DNA of 54,196 nucleotides from positions 1 to 54,196 of the forward strand of contig CAMUZW010000001.1 of NCBI GenBank assembly GCA_947165305.1. Reading direction: 5' to 3'. The notes beneath the pieces are model-generated. The model made no database searches. It saw nothing but the letters and a program-made list of their open reading frames with translations, and was not told where the DNA came from. Origin of the DNA: an uncultured Bacteroidales bacterium. GTDB lineage: Bacteria > Bacteroidota > Bacteroidia > Bacteroidales > UBA932. A program made the translations under genes and the position numbers. How positions within the stretch are numbered: position 1 is the stretch's first letter; the number at the start of each line of letters is the position of its first letter. Shown piece by piece: positions 27,298 to 36,336 of the stretch.

Positions 27298-28482
27298 ATG
27301 AGAGTTTTCTTATCATTCATTCTGGGGCTGCTAGGGACGCTATCGCTGGCTGCAAAGCCCGCCCGTGAATCTATGGAAGACATCACGGCCCGTGTCTTCC
27401 GCCTGGCGAGGGTGCAGTACATCGCGATGGACGCCATGATTCCCGAAGGCAAGTACCCCACCAGCATCAAGAAAGGGGCGCTGGCCACCGCTTCCGCCAC
27501 CACCTGGGTTTCCGGTTTCTATCCCGGAAGCCTCTGGTATATCTATCTCTATGACAACGACGCCCGCATCAGGGCGCTTGCCGAGAAATATACGCGCGCG
27601 ATGGAGCCGGCGCTCAGGTCACACATTTCGCACGACCTGGGCTTCCAGTTCAACTGCAGCTGCGGCAACGCCCTCCGCATTACCGGGGACGAACAGTGGC
27701 GCCCCATGCTGCTGGAGGCCGCCAGCCTGCTGGCCGGCCGTTTCAGCCCGGTGACGGGCGTGACACGCAGCTGGAATTTCTCCCCCAAAGGGAAGGAGTG
27801 GAAGTACCCGGTCATCATCGACAACATGATGAACCTGGAACTGCTGACCGAGGCGGCGCGCCTGACGGGAGCGGACTCCTTGCGGACCATGGCCGTCACG
27901 CATGCGCGGACGACTATCCGGAACCATTTCCGTCCGGACGCGACCTGCTACCACGTGGTCGATTACGATCCCGGGACCGGAGAGGTCCGGTGGAGGGGCA
28001 CCCATCAGGGATATGCCGACGAATCTGCCTGGGCCCGCGGACAGGGCTGGGCCGTGTACGGCTTCACGATGATGTACGAGAAAACGGGAGAGGAGGACTT
28101 CCTCCGCCAGGCCGAGGCCGTGGCCCGGATGCTGCTGCGCCGGCTGCCCGCCGACGGCATCCCTTTCTGGGACTTTGACGCGCCGGAGATTCCGGATGAG
28201 CATAAGGACGCTTCCGCCGCCGCCATCATGGCCTCCGCCTTTGTGCGGCTGGCAAGCCTGACGGCCGACAAGAAACTCTCGAAGCAGTGCCGTGCCATGG
28301 CCGAGACGCAGCTTCGCACCCTTGCCTCGCCGCTCTATCTCTCCGTTCCGGGCGAGAATTGCGGCTTCCTCCTGAAGCACAGCGTGGGCAATCTCCCGAA
28401 GAAGAGCCAGGTGGATGTCCCGCTTACCTATGCCGATTATTATTTCCTCGAGGCCCTGCTTCGCTGGAATAAAATACTGTAA
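27298..28482 (+). CDS. GH88 unsaturated glucuronyl hydrolase
   Basis: WVSGFYPG, HDLGF, IIDNMMNL, QGY..ESAWARGQGW, DASAAAI, YADYYFLEAL. Confidence 0.9.
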   Translation: MRVFLSFILGLLGTLSLAAKPARESMEDITARVFRLARVQYIAMDAMIPEGKYPTSIKKGALATASATTWVSGFYPGSLWYIYLYDNDARIRALAEKYTRAMEPALRSHISHDLGFQFNCSCGNALRITGDEQWRPMLLEAASLLAGRFSPVTGVTRSWNFSPKGKEWKYPVIIDNMMNLELLTEAARLTGADSLRTMAVTHARTTIRNHFRPDATCYHVVDYDPGTGEVRWRGTHQGYADESAWARGQGWAVYGFTMMYEKTGEEDFLRQAEAVARMLLRRLPADGIPFWDFDAPEIPDEHKDASAAAIMASAFVRLASLTADKKLSKQCRAMAETQLRTLASPLYLSVPGENCGFLLKHSVGNLPKKSQVDVPLTYADYYFLEALLRWNKIL

Positions 28483-28486
28483 CCTT

Positions 28487-30352
28487 ATGAGAAACAGATT
28501 ATTAACGGGCCTGATCCTCGCTGCGGCACTTCTGGTCGCCGGCTGTAAGGGCGGTGACGCCGGACAGGAAGAATCCGTTTCCGTCTCCGGACTGGACGAC
28601 ATCATCCGTCTGGCCCCGGACCCGGAGGATCCCCTGCAGTTCGAGATCGCCTCCAATGTCGGCTGGTCCATCGTCAAGAAGGACCTCGACTGGCTGACGA
28701 TCACGCCGCTCCGGCGCCTTTCGTCCTCCGGGAACAGCGTTGTCACCCTGACGGCGATGCCGAACACGTCCCCGGATGCCCGCCGCGGTACTTTTGAACT
28801 CACGGCCGGGGAGAAATTCTCCCGGAAGGTCACCGTCGAGCAGTCCGGTACGGGCGAGGCTCCGTCTTTCATCCTGACCGGCATTGAGGACGACGCCATT
28901 CATTTCAACTATGAAGATCAGCCGAGGAGGCTGACCCTGTCCTGCAACCGGGACTGGCACGCATCGGCCGAAGACCTGGACTGGTGTACCGTCTCTCCGA
29001 TGGAGGGCCGCGCCGGCTGCCTTGCCACCATCACCGTCGTTCCGGGCAAGAATGAAGATACCGGCCGGGAGGGCCGCCTGTCGTTTGATTTTGGCGGAGA
29101 GAAACCCCATACGATCGTAATCGGCCAGGCTGCCTTCGACGCCATTATCTCGGTGTCTGTGACGACGGTCCGGGCCTCGGACACGGGCCGGTTGGAGCCC
29201 GCCACCATCGACGTTACCGCCAACGGCTCCTGGACGGCGTCTTCCTCCGCCTCCTGGCTCACGCTCGACAAGCTCTCCGGCACCGGTGACGATACCGTGA
29301 CGCCGTCGGTCGAGGTGTATGAGGAATCCACCGCCCGTTCGGCCACGCTGACCTTCGACAATCACGGCGTCAAGGCCACTGTAACCGTCACTCAGAGCGG
29401 CAAGATCACCCAGTATGTAACGGTCTCGCCGAAGACGGTCGAGCTCACCGGCAAGGGTACGGGCGTCACCGTTACCGTCAGTGCCAATACGGCCTGGAAG
29501 GTGACTGCCACCGAATCCTGGATTACCGTAAGCCCTGCTACAGGCACCGGTGACGGTGTCATCACGATTTCTGCATCGGCCAACAAGACATCGGAGGTCC
29601 GCCATGCGACCGTTACCGTGGCCTCCACTGAGGTCGACCTCGTGGCGGATGATATCGAGGTGTCGCAGGAGGTTAATTCCAACCTGGACAACTTCGTTGA
29701 TCTTGTGGACGAAAAAATGGTCTGGCCCTGCAATGACCAGGATGCCGCGAAACTGCTCAATCCTGACTTTGCGAATTCCGGCGAGAACGGCGCCGTGACG
29801 GGCAAGGGAACCGGCGTGCTCCTGCCGCCCACCTATACGGAATTCGCCTATGCCAAGTATGTCAAGGGCAATACTGCGAACTACGCAACGACCTTCATCA
29901 TTTCCGTGGAAGGTCACTATGCCTTCAAGAAACTCTGGACGGACGATGCGATAGAATTCCATGTGCCGGTCGTCAAGATTGCGAAGGGGAACACCCTGCA
30001 CTTCGACTTCAGCATCCAGGCGACCAAGGCTACGGCTCGTTACTACCGGGCTGAGGCGTCCTTCGACGGCGGGAAGACCTACGTCCTCTTCACGACGGGC
30101 AAGAGCTATCCCGACCATGGTAACTCCAATGCCACGATCACGACGGCTGCGACACCGTTCCCGTACCGTGCGACCCTCACGGCGCCTTCGACCCTGGAAC
30201 TCGGGGAACTGATCGTCCGGATCGCCGTGGCGGATCCTACTGTGGCGGTCAACAACTCCGCTGTTTCCTCTCCCAATACGGGAACCTTGCGTCTGACGGA
30301 CAGCCCGAATCAGCCGTACTTCGAAGGTCCCACCATTTACGTGACTGAATGA
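28487..30352 (+). CDS. Multi-BACON-domain lipoprotein, probable surface glycan-binding protein
   Basis: Lipobox VAGC. Four repeats of xN..W......W....P..G...N....R (SNVGW, CNRDW, ANGSW, ANTAW) plus a C-terminal domain. Start reassigned to MRNRL. Confidence 0.8.
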   Translation: MRNRLLTGLILAAALLVAGCKGGDAGQEESVSVSGLDDIIRLAPDPEDPLQFEIASNVGWSIVKKDLDWLTITPLRRLSSSGNSVVTLTAMPNTSPDARRGTFELTAGEKFSRKVTVEQSGTGEAPSFILTGIEDDAIHFNYEDQPRRLTLSCNRDWHASAEDLDWCTVSPMEGRAGCLATITVVPGKNEDTGREGRLSFDFGGEKPHTIVIGQAAFDAIISVSVTTVRASDTGRLEPATIDVTANGSWTASSSASWLTLDKLSGTGDDTVTPSVEVYEESTARSATLTFDNHGVKATVTVTQSGKITQYVTVSPKTVELTGKGTGVTVTVSANTAWKVTATESWITVSPATGTGDGVITISASANKTSEVRHATVTVASTEVDLVADDIEVSQEVNSNLDNFVDLVDEKMVWPCNDQDAAKLLNPDFANSGENGAVTGKGTGVLLPPTYTEFAYAKYVKGNTANYATTFIISVEGHYAFKKLWTDDAIEFHVPVVKIAKGNTLHFDFSIQATKATARYYRAEASFDGGKTYVLFTTGKSYPDHGNSNATITTAATPFPYRATLTAPSTLELGELIVRIAVADPTVAVNNSAVSSPNTGTLRLTDSPNQPYFEGPTIYVTE

Positions 30353-31344
30353 TGAAAAAGATCATCCTATTGATTGCCGCCTTCGCGGCCCTTGCCTCCT
30401 GCGACAAGGGCCCGAAGGTGCAGCTGACCACCTGGGAATCTTACCGCAACCCGGTGGTGCAGGAAGTCCGGGAGGACCCTGCGGTCCTGTATTCCGGCGG
30501 CAAGTTCTACATGTATTACAACGGAGCGGGCGATGACGACGTCGTCCCCCTGATGGAATCGAAGGATCTGGTGGGCTGGGAAGACCTGACGCCTGCGTTC
30601 ACTGCACTGACGGCTCCGGCTCCGCTGCCGAACTGCTCGATCCATTCGTGCTCCGTCATTGCGCACGGCGATGAATTCCTGATGTATTACACCGCCACGG
30701 CCTCAAGTTCTGTCGTCGGCGTTGCGACGGCCCCCTTCCCGACGGGTCCCTGGACCGATGTCGGGACGGTCGTGACCACCGTGACGTCGGACGCCGTGCT
30801 CACCGGCGCTCCGTCGGTCTATCAGGACGGATTATCCCTCGGCCTGGTTGTCAGTACGGGCAAGGGCATCTTCTCGCTCAAGCTCACGGACGACGGCCGC
30901 TCGCTGTCGGGCGATGCCCCCGTCAAAATCGCTCCGGAGACCTTATCCGCCCCTGCGATGTACAAGCACGGCGGGAAGTGGTATCTCCTGGCGACGACCG
31001 GCTCGGTCTCGGGTGGGGCGGGCAGTACGGCCCGGATCGTGTACGGCCGCTCGGACAATGTGACAGGCCCGTTTGTCAACCGTGCCGGCGAATCCCTGCT
31101 GGACGGCGCTTCCGAGCTTCTGCTCGAAGGCGGCAAGAAGTTCGCCGGTCCCGGCAGCTGTTCGGTACCTGTCGACCTCTCCGACGGCTCTTCCTGGCTT
31201 GTCTATAATGCCTATGACCTGGCAGATATCAGCCGGGGACGTACCTTGATGTTGGACCCCCTGTTTTGGGAAGACGGCTGGATGAAGGTCCGCGGAGGAA
31301 CTCCTTCCTTCTGCTCCGACTGTCCGGTTATCAAAAGTGAGTAG
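30349..31344 (+). CDS. GH43-like five-bladed propeller lipoprotein, catalytic residues apparently degenerate
   Basis: YRNPV, EDPAV, SKDLVGW, GPWTD, GRS.NVTGPF, GPG.C, RTLMLD.L.WEDGW. Confidence 0.75.
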   Translation: MMKKIILLIAAFAALASCDKGPKVQLTTWESYRNPVVQEVREDPAVLYSGGKFYMYYNGAGDDDVVPLMESKDLVGWEDLTPAFTALTAPAPLPNCSIHSCSVIAHGDEFLMYYTATASSSVVGVATAPFPTGPWTDVGTVVTTVTSDAVLTGAPSVYQDGLSLGLVVSTGKGIFSLKLTDDGRSLSGDAPVKIAPETLSAPAMYKHGGKWYLLATTGSVSGGAGSTARIVYGRSDNVTGPFVNRAGESLLDGASELLLEGGKKFAGPGSCSVPVDLSDGSSWLVYNAYDLADISRGRTLMLDPLFWEDGWMKVRGGTPSFCSDCPVIKSE

Positions 31345-31346
31345 CC

Positions 31347-34300
31347 ATGAGTATCAAGAAACTGTTATGGATGACGGCGGTCTGCCTGCTGCTCCCGGTT
31401 CTGTCCCGGGCGCAGGACCGCGTGACCGTATCGGGCCTGATCGTGGATGACACGGGACAGCCCGTTCCCGGAGCTGCCGTCGTTGTCAAGGGCAATGCTT
31501 CCCTGGGCGGAGCGGTGACGGACGCGGGCGGACAGTATTCCGTCACCGTTCCGGCCGGCAGCATCCTGGAGGCAACGTGTATCGGATTCGCCACGCAGGA
31601 GAAACGGTTCAGCCAGAGCGGGACGTGGGACATCATCCTTGCCCCCGACGCCGAGGTTCTGGACGATGTCGTCGTGGTCGGCTACGGTACCCAAAAGAAG
31701 GAGAGCGTGGTGGGAGCCATCTCACAGGTCGGCACCGAAGCGCTGACCCGTTCCGGTACCCTCAACATCACCAACGCGCTTGCGGGAAAGCTCGCCGGCG
31801 TCGTGACCTTCCAGAACAGCGGCCAGCCGGGTAACGACGATGCAACGATCCTCATCCGGGGTCTTTCCAGCTGGAACGGATCATCTCCGCTGGTGTTGGT
31901 GGACGGCGTGGAACGGACGTTCAGCTCGCTCAATCCCGACGAGGTCAAGACGATTTCCGTCCTGAAGGACGCCTCCGCCACGGCCGTCTTCGGCGCCCGG
32001 GGCGCCAACGGCGTCATTCTCGTCACCACCAAGACCGGCTCCAAGGGCGCGCCTAAAATGAACCTCTCGGTCAACTACGGCGTCAATATTCCGGAAGAAC
32101 TGCCGCAGTATATTCCGGCGGAGACCGTGCTCAACATGGCCAACGTCGCGATGCGGAACGAGCAGAGCTTCGGCAGCGTGTATTCGCCGGAGGAAATTGA
32201 AAAATACCGCAGCGGCATCAATCCCGTCCGGTATCCCGATAACAACTGGTTCGGCATGCTCCTCAACAAGGTTTCGCAGACCTTCAACGCAACATATAAC
32301 ATCAGCGGCGGAACCGACCGCGTCCGGTATTATGTCGGCGTGGGCTATACCACCGACGATTCCATCGTGAAACGGGTCAACAACTGGAGCAATTCCGATT
32401 TCCGTTACCACAAGATCAACTACAGGGCCAACCTCGACATCAACATCACGAAGTCGACGCTCCTGACGGTAAAGGTGGGCGGCGTGACCGACATCGAGCA
32501 GCACCCCGACGGCGTGTCGGTGGCGAGCCTCTTCACGACGATGTACAATGCTTCGCCGGTGATGTTCCCCGCCTATTATCCCAAGGAAGTGATGTACGAC
32601 ATTCCCGACTGGGAATGGCCGGGACTCTGGGAGGACCGCCTGGCCCAGACGGGTACATCCTATGCCAAGAACCCCTACACCCTTCTGGCGCAGGGCAATT
32701 ACACCCAGACGACCCGCAACCGTCTCAACACCGACATCCAGCTGACCCAGAACCTCGACTTCATCACCAAGGGACTTTCGGTGAAGGGCATGGTCTCGCT
32801 GAGCACGGTTTTCTCGCGGTATTCCCAGCAGGGCGTACAGAACCTGCCGGTGTACCAGATTGACTGGGATGCTTATGACTACGGTGCCCAGAATCCCTGG
32901 AGCAGCACCGAGAAAGGCAATGAGGTCTATGTGCAGCCCCCGTATGCCGTGACTGTGGACAATACCGCCCGCAGTACCGCGATGGTCCTTTACTGGGAGG
33001 CATCGCTCAACTATGCGCGCAAATTCGCCAAGAAGCACAATGTGTCCGCCCTGGCGCTGATGAATCAGCGGCAGCGGCTGTCCGGGGCATCTTTCCCGCA
33101 CCGCCAGCAGGCGTTCGTCGCGCGCGTGACATACGACTTTATGGGCAAATACCTCTTTGAGGCCAACATGGGTATCACGGGAAGCGAGCAGTTCGCCCCG
33201 AAGAACCGCTACGGTTATTTCCCGAGCGCCGCCGTGGGCTATTTCCTCTCCAAAGAGAAATTCTGGAAGAAGGCGATGCCCTGGTGGAGTACGATGAAGA
33301 TCCGTTATTCCGACGGTCTGGTCGGTAGCGACGAGACGAAGTCGGAGTCGTACTGGCTGTACTACAGCTCTTATTCCAAGAATTCCAAAAAGACGATTAT
33401 CCTCGAAGACCTCGCGGCCAATGAGACCGCCCGCTGGGAAACGGCCCACAAGCGGGACCTCGGCATCGAGCTGGGTTTCCTGAAAGATATGATCACCTTC
33501 AATGTGGACCTCTTCGACGAGAGCCGCAAGGACATGCTCGTAACCCCGACGGAATCTCCGCTTAGCGGCGTGTTCTCCAAGGAGGTCAACACCGGGCGCA
33601 TGAAGAAGCACGGCATCGACATCGAGGGCAAGTGGCGGATGACGACCGCCCGCGGCTTCTATTATGAAGCGGGATTCATGCTCGGCCTCAGCGAGAACCG
33701 CATCCTCGACTACGAGGAGCCGGTCGGGACGCCCGCTTATCAGAAGATCGCCGGGACTTCCTACAAGGCAGCGCGGACGGGTATGAACCTGATCGACGAC
33801 AGTTACTTCGCCACCGTGGACGAGCTGCATGGCTATCCCAATGCCCTGGGCAGCGTTTCGGGTCTCTATCCCGGCATCTACAAGATGCTCGACTACCGGG
33901 TGGACGGATCCATCAACTCCCTGGATATGCATGCCATCCACGGTATCGCCTATCCTCCGATGGTGGGATCGTTCAACGTCGGATTCGGCTACAAGGGACT
34001 TTCGATCAACGTCCTGTTCTACGGTACGCATGGTAAATATATCAATTTCAACCGCGCCTTCTGGAAGGAATTTATCAAACAGGATTTGACGGCCCATGCC
34101 GACCAGCTGGACTTCTGGCGGCCCGACAATCCCGGCGCAGGCCATGCGACCCTGAGCTTTTCTGACAAATTATATTCGATGCTCGGCGGAAGTTCCAATG
34201 ATGCGTACGATATGCTGATTGAAGGGCACTCCTGGCGGAAGTCGGACTACCTCACCCTCAAGGAGCTCTATATCAGCTATAAGTTCGACGGCAACCGGCT

Positions 34301-34463
34301 CCGGCAGGTCCTGGGCCTGCGCGGTCTGAGCATCACGCTGACGGGCAACAACCTCTTCACGGCGACCAGCCTCATCGAAGGCAACCCTCAGCGCACGGAG
34401 CTCACTTCCAGTTATTATCCGATCATGCGGACCGTCCGTCTCGGTCTGAAACTCGATTTCTAA
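31347..34463 (+). CDS. susC: SusC-like TonB-dependent transporter 1
   Basis: VVVVGYGTQKK, PLVLVDG, VLKDASATAVFGARGANGVILVTTK, C-terminal GLKLDF. Confidence 0.95.
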   Translation: MSIKKLLWMTAVCLLLPVLSRAQDRVTVSGLIVDDTGQPVPGAAVVVKGNASLGGAVTDAGGQYSVTVPAGSILEATCIGFATQEKRFSQSGTWDIILAPDAEVLDDVVVVGYGTQKKESVVGAISQVGTEALTRSGTLNITNALAGKLAGVVTFQNSGQPGNDDATILIRGLSSWNGSSPLVLVDGVERTFSSLNPDEVKTISVLKDASATAVFGARGANGVILVTTKTGSKGAPKMNLSVNYGVNIPEELPQYIPAETVLNMANVAMRNEQSFGSVYSPEEIEKYRSGINPVRYPDNNWFGMLLNKVSQTFNATYNISGGTDRVRYYVGVGYTTDDSIVKRVNNWSNSDFRYHKINYRANLDINITKSTLLTVKVGGVTDIEQHPDGVSVASLFTTMYNASPVMFPAYYPKEVMYDIPDWEWPGLWEDRLAQTGTSYAKNPYTLLAQGNYTQTTRNRLNTDIQLTQNLDFITKGLSVKGMVSLSTVFSRYSQQGVQNLPVYQIDWDAYDYGAQNPWSSTEKGNEVYVQPPYAVTVDNTARSTAMVLYWEASLNYARKFAKKHNVSALALMNQRQRLSGASFPHRQQAFVARVTYDFMGKYLFEANMGITGSEQFAPKNRYGYFPSAAVGYFLSKEKFWKKAMPWWSTMKIRYSDGLVGSDETKSESYWLYYSSYSKNSKKTIILEDLAANETARWETAHKRDLGIELGFLKDMITFNVDLFDESRKDMLVTPTESPLSGVFSKEVNTGRMKKHGIDIEGKWRMTTARGFYYEAGFMLGLSENRILDYEEPVGTPAYQKIAGTSYKAARTGMNLIDDSYFATVDELHGYPNALGSVSGLYPGIYKMLDYRVDGSINSLDMHAIHGIAYPPMVGSFNVGFGYKGLSINVLFYGTHGKYINFNRAFWKEFIKQDLTAHADQLDFWRPDNPGAGHATLSFSDKLYSMLGGSSNDAYDMLIEGHSWRKSDYLTLKELYISYKFDGNRLRQVLGLRGLSITLTGNNLFTATSLIEGNPQRTELTSSYYPIMRTVRLGLKLDF

Positions 34464-34475
34464 ATCCGTCCGAAA

Positions 34476-36335
34476 ATGAAAAGAAGCAGATTACTCCTAT
34501 TAATGGTATCTCTCCTGACCGTGGCCGGAGGATGCAACTGGCTCGATGTGGACCCGGAACTCGGCCTCTCCGATGAGGACGTGTTCTCCACGTACAAAAA
34601 TTACCGCCAATATTTTGACTACATCTTTACGACGGAGACGGATTATACGCCCTTGAATATTCATGAAGGGTATCCGATGTATGTTGATTACAACGACCGC
34701 CGTTTCTCTTTTGTCTCGACGACCGATGCTGCGGATACGGGCCGCTGGCTGCGTGCCCAGCAGGAGGTCAAGGTCGGGAAACTCTCGCAGGAGACCGTCT
34801 CGGACTTTACCTTCGACACCAAGCGCAGGCCGATCGCCGCGGCGATGTTCAAGATCATCCATGTCGCCAACCGCTCCATCGAGAATATCGACAGGCTTAC
34901 CAATGCACGCCCCGTGGAGAAGAACGACCTGCTCGGCCAGGCGTATTTCGTCCGGGGATATGCCCACTTTGTGCTTTGCCGTTTCTTCGGCGGAATGCCG
35001 TATATCGACGAAGCCTCCAAGGACGACTGGGATCTCGAGCGTCTCTCTTCTTATGAGACATACCGCCTGGCCGCCCAGGATATGTACACCGCATATGAAT
35101 ACCTCAAGCAGGCGGGCAAGATGCGGCGGGATGCCGTACCCGGTGTGGCCGGCCACCTGAATGCGTCCGACATGGACCGTCCCAGCGGCTGCACCGCCCT
35201 GGCGCTGCGGGCCCGTGCGCTGATGTATGCCGCATCCCCGCTCAGCAACCGGAACGGGAGCCAGGACTGGGTCGACGCGGCCGACGCCTATGCGCTGGCA
35301 CTTACCGAAGCGCTCGACAACCAGTATGCCCTTCAGGACGCTTACGAATATACCGATAATTTCTTCGGGAAGGCATCCACCAACGAGGTCCTGTGGGGGT
35401 ATGCGCACAGCGGCCGTCCGAATCTTAATTCCTTCTCGGGCATTACCTCCTATCCGCAGAGTTATTACTCCAATGCCTCCGGCATCTGCCCTACGCAGAA
35501 TTTCGTAGATAAGTATGAGACAATCTACGGGGAGCCGCTCGAGACCGAGGCCGACCGCGCAGCGGCCGCCGCCGCGGGCCATTACAATCCGCAGAACCCA
35601 TATGAGGGACTCGATCCGCGCTTCGATCTTACGATCCTGCACGACCGTTCCCAAACGCCGTACGTGTCCGGATATGTCAACATCCATTTCAACCCTTCCA
35701 CCGGGTCCTGGCCCACGACGAGCATCTCGTCCGTCAACCAGGCTTTCGGAATCGCCTGGGGCACCAGTGACAACAAGGGATACACCAATACGGGCTATTA
35801 CTGCCGCAAGCAGTGGCGGGGCGCAAGGGGAGACCAGGACAAGTCCTACTACCTGCTCTCGCCGATGGCCCGCCTGGCCGAGCTCTACCTGGGCTACGCC
35901 GAATGCGTCAATGAGGCGTACGGTCCCACGGGAAAGGCCGGCAGCGTGACATTGACCGCCGTCGACGCGGTCAATACCGTCCGTCACCGGATCGGCATGC
36001 CCGACGTCCTGTCGAAGTTTACGGGTTCGGCGGATGCCTTCCGCGAAAGGATCCGCAACGAGCGGTGCGTGGAACTGGCGTTCGAGGACAATCACTACTA
36101 CTTCGATATCCGCCGCTGGAAAACGGCGCCGGAATGCATGACAAAGACGTTGTACGGCATGTATATCGAATCCTGCCCCGTCGATGATGAGCATCCGGTC
36201 GGCCGCAGGTACGAGCGCAGGCCGATCCCCGACAACCGCCAGTGCAGCTGGAAGGATTGCATGTACACGTGGCCGTTCCCCGACAGCGAGGCCAACAAAC
36301 TCCTCAATTTCAAGAACAATGAAAGATGGCAGTAG
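34476..36335 (+). CDS. susD: SusD/RagB-like lipoprotein 1
   Basis: CNWLD, GQAYFVRGY.HF.L.RFFGGMP, DPRF, RLAELYL.YAE..NE, ERCVELAFE...YFDIRRW. Confidence 0.93.
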   Translation: MKRSRLLLLMVSLLTVAGGCNWLDVDPELGLSDEDVFSTYKNYRQYFDYIFTTETDYTPLNIHEGYPMYVDYNDRRFSFVSTTDAADTGRWLRAQQEVKVGKLSQETVSDFTFDTKRRPIAAAMFKIIHVANRSIENIDRLTNARPVEKNDLLGQAYFVRGYAHFVLCRFFGGMPYIDEASKDDWDLERLSSYETYRLAAQDMYTAYEYLKQAGKMRRDAVPGVAGHLNASDMDRPSGCTALALRARALMYAASPLSNRNGSQDWVDAADAYALALTEALDNQYALQDAYEYTDNFFGKASTNEVLWGYAHSGRPNLNSFSGITSYPQSYYSNASGICPTQNFVDKYETIYGEPLETEADRAAAAAAGHYNPQNPYEGLDPRFDLTILHDRSQTPYVSGYVNIHFNPSTGSWPTTSISSVNQAFGIAWGTSDNKGYTNTGYYCRKQWRGARGDQDKSYYLLSPMARLAELYLGYAECVNEAYGPTGKAGSVTLTAVDAVNTVRHRIGMPDVLSKFTGSADAFRERIRNERCVELAFEDNHYYFDIRRWKTAPECMTKTLYGMYIESCPVDDEHPVGRRYERRPIPDNRQCSWKDCMYTWPFPDSEANKLLNFKNNERWQ

Positions 36336-36336
36336 C

